Assembly: GCA_030704615.1 (NCBI GenBank)
Contig: CM060734.1
Coordinates: 11,098,001 to 11,162,000, forward strand
DNA length: 64,000 nt
Direction of reading: 5' to 3'
Origin: Takakia lepidozioides
Taxonomy: Eukaryota > Plantae > Bryophyta
The notes below the pieces were generated by a model. It searched no databases and was not told the DNA's origin. It saw only the letters and a program-made list of their open reading frames with translations. Position numbers and translations under genes: made by a program. Each line of letters starts with the position of its first letter. Within the stretch, counting starts at the first letter, position 1. Shown piece by piece: positions 49,947 through 63,984 of the stretch.

Positions 49947-52488
49947 CTAGAGATTGAGGTTGGAGAAGTATTCATCAAAATCAAGGTCAATTGTGGTTGC
50001 TTGGATGTCACACAGTGCATCTGTACAATCAACAGGAAAAACAGATTAAAACCATAAATACTTCCACAGAAAACTACTGTCTTGATTGTGACTGAGGGAC
50101 GATGAATTACAATACACTGTCCAAGTTACAAAATATGCGCATCACTGCAAGACTCCCATGCGCAGCTGTGCTCACCAGCAGCAATACCGCCCCAGCCCAG
50201 CGTCCACCTAGAAACTCTGAAAATGTCCCTGTGGATTGCTCCAACTGAACCATCCTGATCAAGACCACAGCTATCTGGGTGCACTTGCTCCCCAGCACAA
50301 CCAATCTCAATCAAATGCAACCTAAAGTTACATGGCATCTCACACACCAAATGTCAGATAAAGTAATGTCCAACCGCTTCACTCAGTGACGACAACCTCC
50401 CATACACACAGCCCATCGCACCTGTATAACATCTGTATGTGACTGTAAAAAAGATCTAGGCGTACCTTCATCTCTGCTCAGTCGACCTGATGATAGAACA
50501 TAAGTCTTCTGCAACCTTTTGTCCGCTTGATCAATCCTCACTTTGCCACTTGGTGGGAATGAAGGAACCTTTATGCCATTATCCCTGGTCACTCGCCCTG
50601 ATGATAGAACATAAGTCTGCTGCGGCGGGACCGTTTCCACTATGTCTGCTTGATCAATCCTCACTTTGTCACTAAGAGGGAATGAAGGAACCTTTATGCC
50701 ACAATCTGGCCTGTGCACCACAGTCCGAGCACTCAGCTGCAAGGGTGCATCTGTCTGCCTTCTCTCATCTTCATCTCTATCTTGTGGATAACATAATGCA
50801 CCGAGAGGTGCAGGTAAGGATTGCACGGGCAGAAGAGAACCCGTCTGGTTTTCAATGCTGCAGCCAAAGTCTACTGGCGACTGCTGCTGCTTGCTTGCGC
50901 AAGATTGGGATGTCAGCATAGCGGCCACCTGAGTAGACGCAAAAATGCTAGGCACCATTTCAAGGGTTGTTCCATGCTTGCTACTTGCACCTCCATGATC
51001 GTACTGCCGCTCCAAACTGGAGCTACCAAACTTTCGACGAATTCCCCCTGATCTATCTTCAAGACGCCTATCATTTGGTCCCCCATTATCGACCCCGAGT
51101 GACACAGAGCCCTCATGACTGTAGATAGGTCGTGCGTTTGCGAGTCCTGCATGGAATGGACCATAGAGGGGTTGGCCATCTCTGATGTCGCACTTGGCCC
51201 TCTCATTCCAGGCACTTATACCAGCCATCCCAGATCGCTCCAGCTTGAGTTTTTCTTTAGCTATATTCATGTCAAGCTGTGACATCAGGAAATAATTTCC
51301 TTCACTCCAGACATCCCTCCTTAGCAGTTCACTTCTGTCCGAGGCACTGCTAGGAGTCGCTGTCGAGAAGCTCGCCAAAGTTTTGTACATCCCACTGTTC
51401 CATTCTTCGCTGGATGTAAAAGCACTGGTGAAAGCACTTGTGTTGCGTCTGCTTAACTGAGAGTCTTCCACACCATCAGAACTACAGCACCTCCTGTCCG
51501 CTTCAAGTTCCTCAAGTCTGACCTGCTCGTTTAGCATTTGAAGTTTCAGCGCAGATAACAAACACTTAGGCGGCCACATGCTCACCGCCTCGTCTGTTCT
51601 CCCATCATCAGCCGCAGAGGTTGACGCAGAACACACGTTACTGGAAGTACAAGATACGCTGCAGTGCTCCCGGGCCTGGCGTTGCCGCTTGTGATCTACC
51701 CCCACCACCTCCAGGTCGAAAGCTCCAGCCGATAACCTAAGCAGCCAAAGACTATTCTGAAAAGAAAGAACCTCGCAGATAGAAACAATAATGAACCACA
51801 GTTCCCCACAAATAACTCTATATACATATACATTCCGAATGAAACAGCTAAAGGGAGACCACACAAGAAAGGCAGTGGCTTGAGAGGCATATGTAGCTGA
51901 GGAAGCCCAGCTTGCAGCAGAAACACCAGCCACAAGTATTAACATTCAGCGGCTGCCACCAAGAACCTGGCGAGCCTGTACAAAGATAAAAAACGATAGG
52001 CAGATATGCGGAGCCCCCTACCAGCAAAAACTCAGCCAACTCCTGCTCTGCATGAAACGGGAGGGGCCCAACTCGTTGAGAAGGCCGTGTGCCCAGCCGG
52101 TTACCAAAAGACCATCATAAGCACAACAAAACCCCACACCATCTCAAAAACCTGCAACCTACTTCCAGAGTTCCACATCCTTTGCATAAATGTACGCGAA
52201 TTTGTTCCTCCAAACCTAACATTCCCGTTGGAGAAAAGGGTGTGGTAAGTTCCAGCGCAGATTGCAGGACAACAGCACCCAGGGAGGGCAGATGAATTCT
52301 TACTCTTTGCGTTTGCGTACATAGAAGGAGTAAGGCATGAGGCTGTCAGCGTCACTGCCCATCCGACCCTTAGGACTACTGTCAGGGTCCCCATCCGAAG
52401 ACGTAGGTGACAAACTCTGATTCCGCATTTCTCCAACGCAAGGGCTTAAGCTTTCCGAAGACACAGCCGTAGCCACTGTAGTTTCCAT
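49947..52488 (-). CDS. Conserved plant protein of unknown function (multi-exon)
   Basis: Large exon at about 50466-51736 (AFDLEV...YVLSSGR). The last exon 49947-50020 gives TIDLDFDEYFSNLNL*, a C-terminus recalled from uncharacterised plant proteins. The 5' exons are uncertain. Confidence 0.65.
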
Positions 52489-53682
52489 TCTCCCTTGTTC
52501 TGCCCACCTCACCCGGCTGCTCTGCCTTGCCTCAGAGACACCCTAATTTCAACCATTCCTCCTACTACCTACCCGAAATCATACATCCCACTGTGACCCA
52601 TTCTCACAACCACTCCTCACTACCTCTCCCTCCCTTTCTCCTCGTATGGAATGCACACAGAACGTTATCGACATCCTCCTCTCTTCCCCAATCCACTGCT
52701 TTATGCTGCGATAAAAGCAGGTGCTTGAACGGACAGTAAGGAGATGGCAGCACGAGCACAGCCCAGATCGCTCACCACCACCAGTTCCACCCGGCCATGT
52801 CACAGATCGGAGCGCATCTTTGCGAGCTCTCCAAGCGCTCTGTCCACATGGCCCTGCCACCCGGCTCGCTCTCATGCGCGCCCATTCACTCTGCGTTCAA
52901 GGCAGGCTGCCTCCTCTGCGCGCTGACTCAGCGAGCTCTGAAAAAGGAACCACTTTTCTCTTCCTCCCTCTCCGTGGCAAGCCAATGCTAGGACGCTCTA
53001 TGGCTCTCCCTACTCACATGCTTCGGAAGCTCTAGATAGTGATGGCCTTTCCCACACTGCTGCCCTTGCTCTGTCTCTACCCCAAAGGGCTCATGGCCTA
53101 TTCAGGCTGAAAAAAGAAGCCTCCTGTTGCAGACTGAATCCATTCCCCAGAAAAGAGACTGAGCGTGCAGAGATTTTTCAAGGTCTTAAATCAAGCTTTC
53201 TCTCACCATGCTGTTTTGTTTTGGGGATAGTATAGAGTGGGCCACAAGCCTGGAGATACCACCAAGAAGAAAGAGATTGAACAATGTGAATTTTAAAACC
53301 CTTCGCATGAATGCCGAAGAACCACTGACAGTTGGAAACATATGAAGACTAATTTCTGCCACATTGGTTTCCCACAACCCGCTTCACATTAACACTGCTT
53401 TCACAAACTTGCAGCTTTATGCTATGATTATGAAACATTAGCCCTCCAAGTATCGATGACCAAATGCCAAGTTATGCAGCAAGGACAAGATGCACGCCAA
53501 GGCCATTGGCTAAAACAAACACAAGTCAAAGTGCTTGGGAGTGTATGCACCCAAGGCCCACTGCAATGATAGATGTTAAACTGGTCAATCTGATCAAACA
53601 ACCAAGCCACAAATTCCTAGATTTCATTGATTTATCTACGAACAGAGGAGGGATGATATGCAGATCTTGATCAACAAGCTTC

Positions 53683-56600
53683 TTAGGCTTCAGGCTGCAT
53701 CTTTTCAGCTTCTTCCCGGATGGACTGAAACAAAATGGATGACAAATAACGTTCTCCGAAGCTCGGAAGAATCACCTGCAGACATTCAGCTGATAAATAG
53801 ATGGACTAAAAATATTCAACAAACCAGGAGAGAATGTACCCATAAGCCGTTGTTTGCCGTAGCCTTGTGGCCCTTGACCCCGCCCAGTTTGAGCGGAACA
53901 CAACGGGACAGAACCTACCTGGGGCTGACCCCGGTAGTAAGACTTACCTCGGAATAAACAATTGATCCGGGTTTTCCAGATATCCTCTAGAAATCCCTTT
54001 ACACAAGCATTAACCTGCTGTGGGTGGTTTGCCCAATAACTAGGCCCCAAAAGGACCTGGGCTTTTGGCTCAGCCTCGAGACTTTCAAAGTTGGTAAACA
54101 GAGGTACAGGCACAATTCCCTTGATAGATTTGAAGAGAGTGTCTCTCTGGTGAGAGAACCCCGGACAATGGATCAGAAAATGAATATCGTCTTCAGGTTG
54201 CCCACACAATGGGCAATTGCACTCTCCCTTTCCTCTCTGCTTCTGTTTGCTGTTCAAAGGTAGGCTTCCCGCCCTGAGTTTAAACAAACCAGGAGAGAGA
54301 TTGTCTACTAGGCACGTGACATGTACTACATCTCCACATGACAACCAAGATCAGTATGATATTAGGGCCTACAGTCAATCTTACCATATGCCTCTCCTGA
54401 AGACTCCAACCTGCCACCGTCAGCAGCCCACATGCTGGTGAGGTCACATTTTGTTATACAAGAGAGAGATATTGTACCGTTATTAATTTGCCCTTGTTCT
54501 CTGGCCTTTTTGCCACTTGCACTGCGGCTGCTGTGGCAGCCCCTGATGATATTCCCACCTGCCAGTCCACACAGTGGTGCATGATTGCAAAATATCTAGT
54601 TTTCAGATTCAAGATCAATTTCAGCTGTTGCTTTAGGGTGCAGATACTTTGGCAGATTTAAACTTCCTGGAGATGTCCATTTCCCTTCCCATGAGAGGTG
54701 CTCCTCAGTGTGAAAACCAGATTTATGTGATTTAGTCCAAGCACTGGGCCTTGCAAGAAAGGTATTGTTCCTTAAGTCAGGCTGGAGAACCTCTCAACAG
54801 GTTAAAGCACTGTTGGGGGAGAGACCTGTACTCTTGCTCATAAATAAAGTAGACGTGGCCACCCCCACAGGTCAAATTGCTGTTGAAAGACTTACCAGCA
54901 AGCCTTCTTTCAAAGCAAGCTGCTTGGCCATTTCAACCGCATCATTGCTGGAAATCTGGTCAAAACCACAGACACAGGCTCATTACAAGACAAGTAAATC
55001 CAACACCTCATTACATGAAAAGTCCACGTAGGATGAGTCCAATCGTAACACCAATTGCTAACTTCCAAGGCCAGCCGGAGGCACCATGCACTCCTGCTTA
55101 GGCATGTCCAGCGTATTTAATTTACCTTTTTTCTCTATGCACTCAATCTAGGTTTACGTTTCAGCCTCCATATGCAGCAATGTGTTGATGCATTACAAGC
55201 ACTAAGTGTAAAACAACTAGATCTGTGGCAGGGACAAGCCAGAGAGAGACAAACCTGAATAACCTCATCCAGAATGTCAACATCTAGAATGCTAGGAATA
55301 AACCCTGCACCAATCCCTTGGATCTTGTGAGGGCCTGCGCCAAGCCAGGGGGCCACCATATCCTCTAATCAGTAGCCTCATTCTTTGTCGTTCTCCCTTT
55401 GCTACCCCTCCAACTACGATGGACCTAGGGTACTACTGATGCTTAAGGATATTCACTAGCATCGGAAGTCATATATTAGACCCAGTCTAACCAGTGGACC
55501 TGGAGTCTCAAGGGAACTTATGGAGTTATTATTTGAGACTTACCTAGCAACTTCACTTCCAATCTCCCATTGCAACCATTTGCCAAAAGCATAAACCTAG
55601 TAAAATGTCACTATCTCTTCATTCAAGGCAGTCATCAACTCACAACTGGACATAATCCAGTGCTAATGGTTCATGGAGACCCTGTGCTGCCTTATTTAGT
55701 GGATACTTGCACTGGCGCTCTTGTGCAACAGGCTTTTACCTGGCTTGCCCCCAGATAACACACTGCTTTCAGTTGGCTCCACACCATAAATCTGTAACTC
55801 CACCTCCCGTGAAAATGTTAAACCCTCTAAGCAATAGATGGGAAATAGACCTTACACTGCAGACTCCGCATACAACAGATTTCAGAGTGCAGTGTTAGGT
55901 CGCTTTATGCCACTGTGCCAAAGAAGAAAACTTGCAATATACCACAACGCCACAAATTCGACCTTGAGTCAAGTGTTGTGAAATTGTGTGCATCTGTAAA
56001 GTGGTACAAAGCACAACAATGACTTTCTTTTCCCCAAAACCACAGCCAAGTGGACAAAAAGGTACAAAAGTTTCCCTGAAGTAGACCTTGATATCAGGGT
56101 TCTTGCTCTTCAAGAATCGACCAGCTCCAGTAACTGTACCACCAGTGCCAATTCCAGCAACAAGTATATCAACATCCCCAGCAGTGTCTTCCCAGATCTC
56201 CGGCCCAGTTGTCTCAAAATGGACCTGCAAAACACGAAATTGTGAGCCAAAAATCCTCCTATGCAGCAAAAGTACTTAATAGACATTGCCAAACCTACCA
56301 CCCCAGCCCTATGAACGGATAGTAGCTTGTATGTCAAAGGTGTAAATTTGTATGGCTGGTGGAAGATCACTTGACTGGCAGCTTGCATACCTTCTGATGA
56401 GAACCAGAATAACACCCAACAATAAAACACCAACAAATGGTAGAAGAAAACACAACAATCTGAGTAACTGGAGAGATGGCACACCTTGGGATTTGCAGGG
56501 TTCTCAAACTGCTGAAGCATGTAAGAGTTAGGAGTCTTTTTCACAATCTCCTCTGCCTTTTGGACCGCACCCCTCATTCCCTTGCCGGGATCTGTTAGAA

Positions 56601-58341
56601 TCAGCTCGGCACCGAATGCCCTCAGCAAAATGCGGCGCTCCATACTCATAGATGCTGGCATTGTGAGGATGAGTTTGTAGCCTTTAGCGGCAGCTATGAA
56701 GGCCAGTCCAATCCCTGTGTTCCCACTGGTGGGCTCCACAAGGATGCTCTTCACAGACAAAAAAGAGCACTTTGCATTTAAAACTCATAGACAATGGAGT
56801 CAGACGACTCCAGGAAATAAAAGGACAAAGGCATTCTACAACCTGATGTTCTGGCAGTCGCATCTGTACTGCAACACGTCCATGAAGCAACAAAAAGTGC
56901 TATCCTAAAACCCTGAAATGCAATTAAAGGGGCTGAATGTAGCACTCTCATGGCACCGATAATTATGTTACAGTTTCATGAGGACTTAATTCAGAAGATC
57001 TGCCCTGTTCTAATAGGATTTCCCTCCTGAACCACAGCCAAACATACCTTGCCAGGGGTGATGGCACCCTTGCCCTCTGCATCAGTAATCATGCTATATC
57101 CAATCCTGCATTTGCACCCAACAATCATGTGTCTGAAAGCTACCCTGCACTGCATAATGCTACATCCATCTAGTTTACCTCCATTGAGCCCAACTCTTCA
57201 AAGGCACCACAATTTTCTCAGAGAATCACTTTTGAGATAACTCCTATGATAAATGACAATGAAATTTCTTGGTACTACAGAAGATTTCAGGGTAGGAGAC
57301 AAACGCACCTATCTTTCACACTACAGCATGGTTCCATAATTTCCAATTTGGCGGCAATGTTGGCCACACAACCCTCCACAACAGTGTTCAGATACACCAT
57401 GGGTGTCTTTCCTATCAACTGTTTGCTCCAACCCATATCAAGCCAGTCATACCCAGCGATATTAATGATAGGCTAAAGAGTTGCATGAAGGCGGCCAGCC
57501 CAAGCCATTCCCAATTGTGGCTGTCCCAGATAGAGTGGACACAGTCATAAAACACTAATAAATGAGGACTGGTGATTCGGGAGACTTGTAAACTATATCA
57601 CAGTCAGCTGACGGTTGTGGCTGGATATCAAGCCCTATTTGAATATCAAGCTCCTAAACCCCCAAAAAAAGTCCCAGTAACCAATCAAGACTTGTTTATT
57701 TCCTTCTAATACAGCTTGCAAAAATATATCTGGGAGAGCCTCGTAATCTCTGGACTCACATTTGAGAGGTAACCAGAGATAAAATGATATAGCCACGTCC
57801 AATAGAAAGAGGAAGGAAACGAGAAGGAATCTTATCTCATAACTTAGAGAGTCAATCTAAGAGCAGGAGACAAATCAACCATATCCTGAATTGTAGTGAC
57901 AGCTGCTATAGCTTGCAAAGCTTTGTAATGCTCCTCATCACAACAGAAAGTTGTCTATAGCTTGTTCTGAATCTACTAAAATACCAGCATCTCTATACCA
58001 TATATACATAAAATGCCAGGAGTCGTTCCAAGAAGCAGTGAGTCATAACATACACTTCAGATGTACACTGTAGAGATTAGGATGTACTCATGAGACATTG
58101 TTTGACGTAGCCTTGTGGACACACTGTAGAGATTAGATTGTACTCATAAGATGTTGTTTGCCGTAGCCTTGTGGCCATTGACCCCGCGCCCAGTTTGAGC
58201 GGGAACAAAAGGGACAGAACCTACCTCTGTCAGGGGCTGACGTTGGTGGTAATTGTACACTGTAGAGATTAGAGAGAGGTAATAGGGGGAGCATACCTGC
58301 ATTACATCTTCAGCTATGTTCAGACCATGTAACTCCTCCAT
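53683..58341 (-). CDS. OAS-TL: Cysteine synthase / O-acetylserine(thiol)lyase, 326 aa, cytosolic-type length
   Basis: Ten GT-AG exons in phase: 58341-58297, 57418-57309, 57105-57048, 56748-56485, 56224-56087, 55791-55740, 55334-55255, 54955-54896, 54558-54478, 53775-53683. Motifs [40 protein letters not shown]. An N-terminal extension is possible. Confidence 0.96.
53834..54282 (-). mobile_element. 5'-truncated LINE 3' end in the last OAS-TL intron, with 16-bp TSD
   Basis: CPLC...[10 protein letters not shown] knuckle; AACAAACCAGGAGAGA at 53818-53833 and 54283-54298. Confidence 0.85.
58081..58253 (-). mobile_element. Two tandem very short 3'-end insertions of the same LINE family in OAS-TL intron 1
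   Basis: Matches the 53834-53935 tail; ACACTGTAGAGATTAG occurs three times around the pieces. Confidence 0.7.
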
Positions 58342-59180
58342 TGCCACAGAAACCACCTGTTTTACCACCGGACCAGTAAGTCTATCTCGTTCCGTCTCCT
58401 GGCAAAGCAGGCTTCTTATTGCAGCTCCCAAAGTGATAAGTAGAATAATGCCTGCATCTAACAGTTTGGCATCATGTATTCACCTTGACCTAAACTCTAG
58501 GCAAACTTTTGTTAACCAGAGCAACTTGAAATTCAACCGGGAATAAGTAGAGAGAGGATTGAGAGGACTGACCTTAGCAAGCTCACCCTCCTCAACCTCC
58601 ACACTGCCAAAGCCAATTATCAAGTATGAACAGTAGCCCTGCAACATAGTATCTATGCTCCTAAACATTGACACCCATCCTACCTCACATTTTATCCCTG
58701 GGGTATAAATCTCATGCAGGGCTTGTGCCTCCTGTACTTACTTATTGCAGATATGTTAGAATCATTGAGATTCCTTGTACATTGAGAATCCTATCTGTAC
58801 CACCTCTGGGTCTGGCCATATACAATTCAATGCCTCATGACTCAGACCATTGTGAACTCAATCTGACTAGATACTAGTGGGCAAGCAACCAATAACAAGG
58901 AAAATGAGGAATACATACGTTGCAAGCTCTTTTGGCTCCCTGCCAGCTTCCCCATGGACAGCTCGTTGAGACTTTCTGGATGTGTCATACAAACCTTCTG
59001 TCCCCCTAAACATGTTCCAAAGCTGTGCCTGAACACACCCCAACATTGTTGGTCAGGGTTCATACCTCAGCGCAGCTTTGGTGCCAAGCATTGACCTCTA
59101 CCTTCTATTACTGGCTCTATAGCCTTATACCCTTCAACAGATATGCCACATGTAGCTGTGGCAGCACAGGCACTGTTTTC

Positions 59181-59182
<2 letters not shown>

Positions 59183-59218
<36 letters not shown>
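59183..59218. repeat. (GA)n microsatellite
   Basis: Read directly. Confidence 0.95.
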
Positions 59219-59229
<11 letters not shown>

Positions 59230-60244
59230 GGAAAAGACGACCATCAAAAGAACTCCATGACCACCTCGTGCATAGCTTGTTGTAGCTATGTATTGTCCCC
59301 ACTGACCTTCTTGCTGGAATCTTTATCAATGCTGGGGATAGGAGGGTGGTCAAAAAGGAGAGAAACGATCAAATGAGTTAAACATTCGTGTAGAAAACTG
59401 TACCATCTTGCTGGAGGCATGAGGGTTATCACTGTCGTTCTTTCCACCCAAAAGATTTGTGATACGCAAGAAACCTCCAGCGTGCTGCATTCCTCGTTGC
59501 AGATGCCCATTTCTTTTCCTCAAAAATACATCCTCCGTAACCCTAGAACCTGTCAACCAACTAATCGCTAAGTAAACCTCCTCAATTGTGCATAGATATA
59601 TGCTTGAAGTGAAAAGCCAACACTGAGAGAGAAAAAATTGGCTATCAAGTTGAGGCATGGTCTTTTATTTCAAACCTACTGGTACAGCTGTACAGACAAG
59701 TCGATGAATCGGTGATGAAACAAAAGGCCACCAACATTCAGACACTCAATTGAAGCATAGGGTGTATGCATGACAGCAATGTACCCAATTATCTCAATAT
59801 GTACTTCTACTTCTGTAGAACCACAATCTCCAACCATACATACTCTTCATCTCGTTCGGATAAAGAACTTCAACGTAAGACACCCTTCAGAAGATAAAAA
59901 GGGTTTCGACGCAGGACGTGACGAGCGTCGGATGTAATCCAACACTGCAGAAATAAAGAGAAGGAAAAGACAAGAAAAAAACATCTGAGGACACCTTGAA
60001 GCACATCATTTGAGGGAAAGGTTTGAGATCATACTGCGCGATGACGAGGGAAACGGTTGGCGCAGCTGCTGGAAAGCAGACATAGACTCCGCTGAAGCAG
60101 TCGCACACGCCATACCTTCAGCTCCACTACAGTGGGAATGTCAACGTATTCCTCGAAGCACGCTCGCTTCATTCCCGCGAGCGCAGCGGAAGCATCAATA
60201 TCATATATATGAAGCGAGAGACGTTTGTTTGGTTTTGTTTCGTA

Positions 60245-63120
60245 TAGGGTAATGCCCTGAGTGGAGGGCATTCCCGGATTTAAGGGCATGACGTTGAGGG
60301 CGGTAGCCCCAGGGGAAGGCCCGCAAATCCCGTCACGAGGGGCAGTGTTGTTTTTCGACAGGTAGCCCGACCTTTTTTGTGACAGGATATATATTTTTTA
60401 CTTTCAAACAACTTTGAAAAAAATGCCTTTCACATGTCAGGTTGAGAAATTTTTGATTTTTCACACAACCATATCATATGAAATTAAAATTAAAAATGGT
60501 AGAAAAGTGTGAACTTCTTAGTACAATTAGTCCAAAGAAAGAACCCTTCGGTTTCTCATGCTACGCCACACCTCGAACACCCCCCTCCAATCCATATTCT
60601 CCAACTTGATCTCACGCATCAAAGCGTCCAAAGTATCCAACTTCAAGCAAGACCGCAAATGGCTTTTGATAGCATTCTGTTTTGAGAAACCCCTCTCACA
60701 AATTGCAGTACTTGTAGGAATGACAAGTGTCTTTTGCCAAAGACGCATGAGGTGTGGTCAGTTAGTGTGCCATTCATTGGTGCTTCCACACAATTGTCAC
60801 ACCTCAAACAAGGATTTGTTTTCACACTCATGCCTCAAGGTTTCCACAAAATCAAGCAACTCAGCCCTGCTTGCATCACTTTCAGCCTCTGTCAATCCAA
60901 ATTTCAAGATCAACCTCTCCAACCATTGCTCGGACATAGAGATACGAGCATCTTCATCACTTGGATAATACTTTGGACTGAAGAGCTTTGATGTATTGAA
61001 GACAAGAAGGTCAAGAAATCTCTCATTCAAGCTATCCACAACCGCTTGCACATACTCAGCTCCCATTACCTTGCATTCTTGCAACGTGTCCTCTCGATCA
61101 AAAATCCATCCAGGGTGCATAAGATGCATTATATCGTCAAGGCCATTGTCTGCCCTCCATCTTAAGGCACCATCAACCTAAGCTCCAGTCAAGAATGGTC
61201 CCAAATGCTTTGTCACTCGTCCAAAGTTGGGACCATGACCACAGAGAAAATGCCTCCTCAATATAGAAATGGTTGCATCCAAAGTGCATCCAATATTGTA
61301 TTGGAGGTTGGACCAACGTACCAGTGAGCTTACATTAATTATACAAGAGTGTTAACTATTTAATTCAAAGATTTGGGATGTAAAGCAATGATAACAAACT
61401 TAAGAAGATCCTTGCCCTGGAGAAACTACATTAAACTTGTGAATGCAAGAAGAATCAAAGGTAGGATTGGTGAGGAGGTACGTACCTGGACTGTATATTG
61501 TACCAGCATATGGAAAACCCTCTCACTTGGTCATGATTACTTCCTTGGAGGCTGGACCAACGTACCAGGGAGCTTAGATTAACTATACAAGAGTGTTAAC
61601 TATTTAATTCAAAGACTTGGGATGTAAAGTAATGATTACAAACTTAAGAAGATCCTTGCCCTGGAGAAACTACATTAAACTTGTGAATGCAAGAAGAATC
61701 AAAGGTAGAATTGGTGAGGAGGTACATACCTCGAGTGTATATTGTACCAAGGTGGAGAGTGTATGGAAAACCCCTCTCACTTGGTCATGATTACTTCCTT
61801 GGAGGCTGGACCAACGTACCAGGGAGCTTAGATTATTTATACATGAGTGTTAACTATTTAATTCAAAGACTTGGGATGTAAAGCAATGATTACAAACTTA
61901 AGAAGATCCTGGCCCTAGAGAAACTACATTAAACTTGTGAATGCAAGAAGAATCAAAGGTAGGATTGTGAGGAGCTACGTGCCTCGAGTGTATATTGTAC
62001 CAGGGTGGAGAGTGTATGGAAAACCCCTCTCACTTGGTCATGATTACTTCCTTGGAGGCTGGACCAACGTACCAGGGAGCTTAGATTATTTATACATGAG
62101 TGTTAACTATTTAATTCAGAGACTTGGGATGTAAAGCAATGATTACAAACTTAAGAAGATCCTGGCCCTGGAGAAACTATATTAAACTTGTGAATGCAAG
62201 AAGAATCAAAGGTAGGATTGGTGAGGAGCTACGCGCCTCGAGACTATATTGTACCAGGGTGGAGAGTATATGGAAAACCCCCTCTCACTTGGTCATGTAT
62301 ATTGTATTGGAGGCTGGACCAATGTACCAGGGAGCTTAGATTAATTATACATGAGTGTTCACTATTTAATTCATAGATCACTTGGGAGGCAATGATTACA
62401 AATTTAAGAGGATCCTGCCCTGGAGAAACTAATTCATTGAAGACTCCCATTCAATATTTGCTCATGTACTAGGTGCTACCAAGTGTACCAGTGAACCACA
62501 GTACCTATGTACCATCGTACCTTGAGAGGTGGCTTGGAGGCTTGCTTGGAGGCTGGCTGGAGTACACACAAGAGCTCAAGACCACCGTACCTACAACGTA
62601 CCAGCGTACCTCAATACCAACGTACCTTGAGAGCTTGCTTTGGAGGCTTGCTTGGAGTCTGGCTAGAGTACGCACAAGAGCTCACCACCATACCTACAAT
62701 GTGCCAGCGTACCTCAATACCAGCGTACCTTGAGAGCTTGCTTGGAGGCCTGGAGTAGGCACAAGAGCGAGGGCAACTCATAGGTTTAGGGCTTGAAACA
62801 CAAGGAAGGGCCTTGGTGAGGCTACCCTAAGTCCAATAACTATTCATAATTTGTACACAAGGAAGGACCTTGGTGAGGCTACCCTAAGTCCAATAACTAT
62901 TCATAATTTGTACCTTTCAGGCTTTGTGAGCCTCTCCGAGGTGGTCTTAGTAATAAAATTACCCCTAATTATCAAAAATTTCTGCCTTTCTTTTGACAGG
63001 CTATTTTTTTCTCGTTGCCTTTATTTTGACATGCACATTTATTTATTTTTTGCCTTTTCTTGCCTGTCAAACGCCTTGTGACAGGTGCAAAAATCAGCCT
63101 TGACGAGGGGCATTACCCTG
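60245..63120 (-). mobile_element. Internally deleted hAT element
   Basis: TIRs TAGGGTAATGCCC / GGGCATTACCCTG. Transposase C-terminal dimerisation fragment IPTSTAICERGFSKQN within 60527-61290. Confidence 0.85.
61296..62425. repeat. About 253-bp tandem repeat, about 4.5 copies
   Basis: GGAGGCTGGACCAA recurs at about 61302, 61548, 61801, 62054 and 62309. Confidence 0.92.
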
Positions 63121-63296
63121 CGTAAAGAACTGCCACAAAAATTTAAAAAAAAAATTAATGTCTGGTGCATTCTGCATTTTGGAATGCACTCGAGGGAGCT
63201 GATGGGGTGCATTCCGAAATGCAGAATGCACCGCGATGAATTTTGCTTTTTAACGGCACGATACATACAAAGAAAATTTTGTGGCAGTGCTTTACG
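63121..63296. repeat. Fold-back (MITE-like) with nested inverted repeats
   Basis: CGTAAAGAACTGCCACAAAAATTT pairs with AAATTTTTGTGGCAGTGCTTTACG; inner GTGCATTCTGCATTT pairs with AAATGCAGAATGCAC. Confidence 0.75.
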
Positions 63297-63540
63297 TCGT
63301 TCGGATCTCCCAAACCGCGGGGCCCAACCCTAGTGCTTGGTGCGTGGAAAACCCTCGATGAGGAGGGGTGCACCGGCTTGGTCTCATAATTTTTGGACCT
63401 GCGGTGTGGGAGATATGGAATTTTGAGTACTTTTGGTCGCTGGAAATTCGGGAAAAATAGCAAAGTGACAAAATGGATATATCAATATATCAAGCCTCGA
63501 CATGGGAGATAAATAGCAAAATGGGCTTTGTTGGAACAAT

Positions 63541-63984
63541 AAAGTTATCCGTTAAGTGACCAGCCCTTCCGCCCCCTAATACATCCCCACTATACCTCTC
63601 CTCGGCACTTTACGCGTATCCAGGAAGTCATGCAGACAGAGTATCAAAACCAAAACTAGGGACGGCAGCGGGGCCACGCACAGGTCCCACACATGTTCTC
63701 CTTAAAGTCAGCGTGTATTCTCCTTAAATCAGCGTGGGCCCCGCCCCCAGCCTCATGCCCGCTTGGTTCCACGCCACGCCACGTACCCCGAGATGACAGC
63801 CAAAAACCAAACGCAGGATGAAACTCGTTTTGCTCTCATTTTGGTGCTATTTTGAGTTTGGTCCTGTCTTTTTTTTGCTTGTATTTTAATCCCCTACTCT
63901 TTTGACATTTATTGCACTTCAACCTCTCTTTTGGCCAAACTGGCCTAACTCACCCTCCATCCCCTGTACTTAACGGATAACTTT
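63541..63984. mobile_element. MITE with 17-bp TIR and AAT TSD
   Basis: AAAGTTATCCGTTAAGT ... ACTTAACGGATAACTTT flanked by AAT on both sides. Confidence 0.8.
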
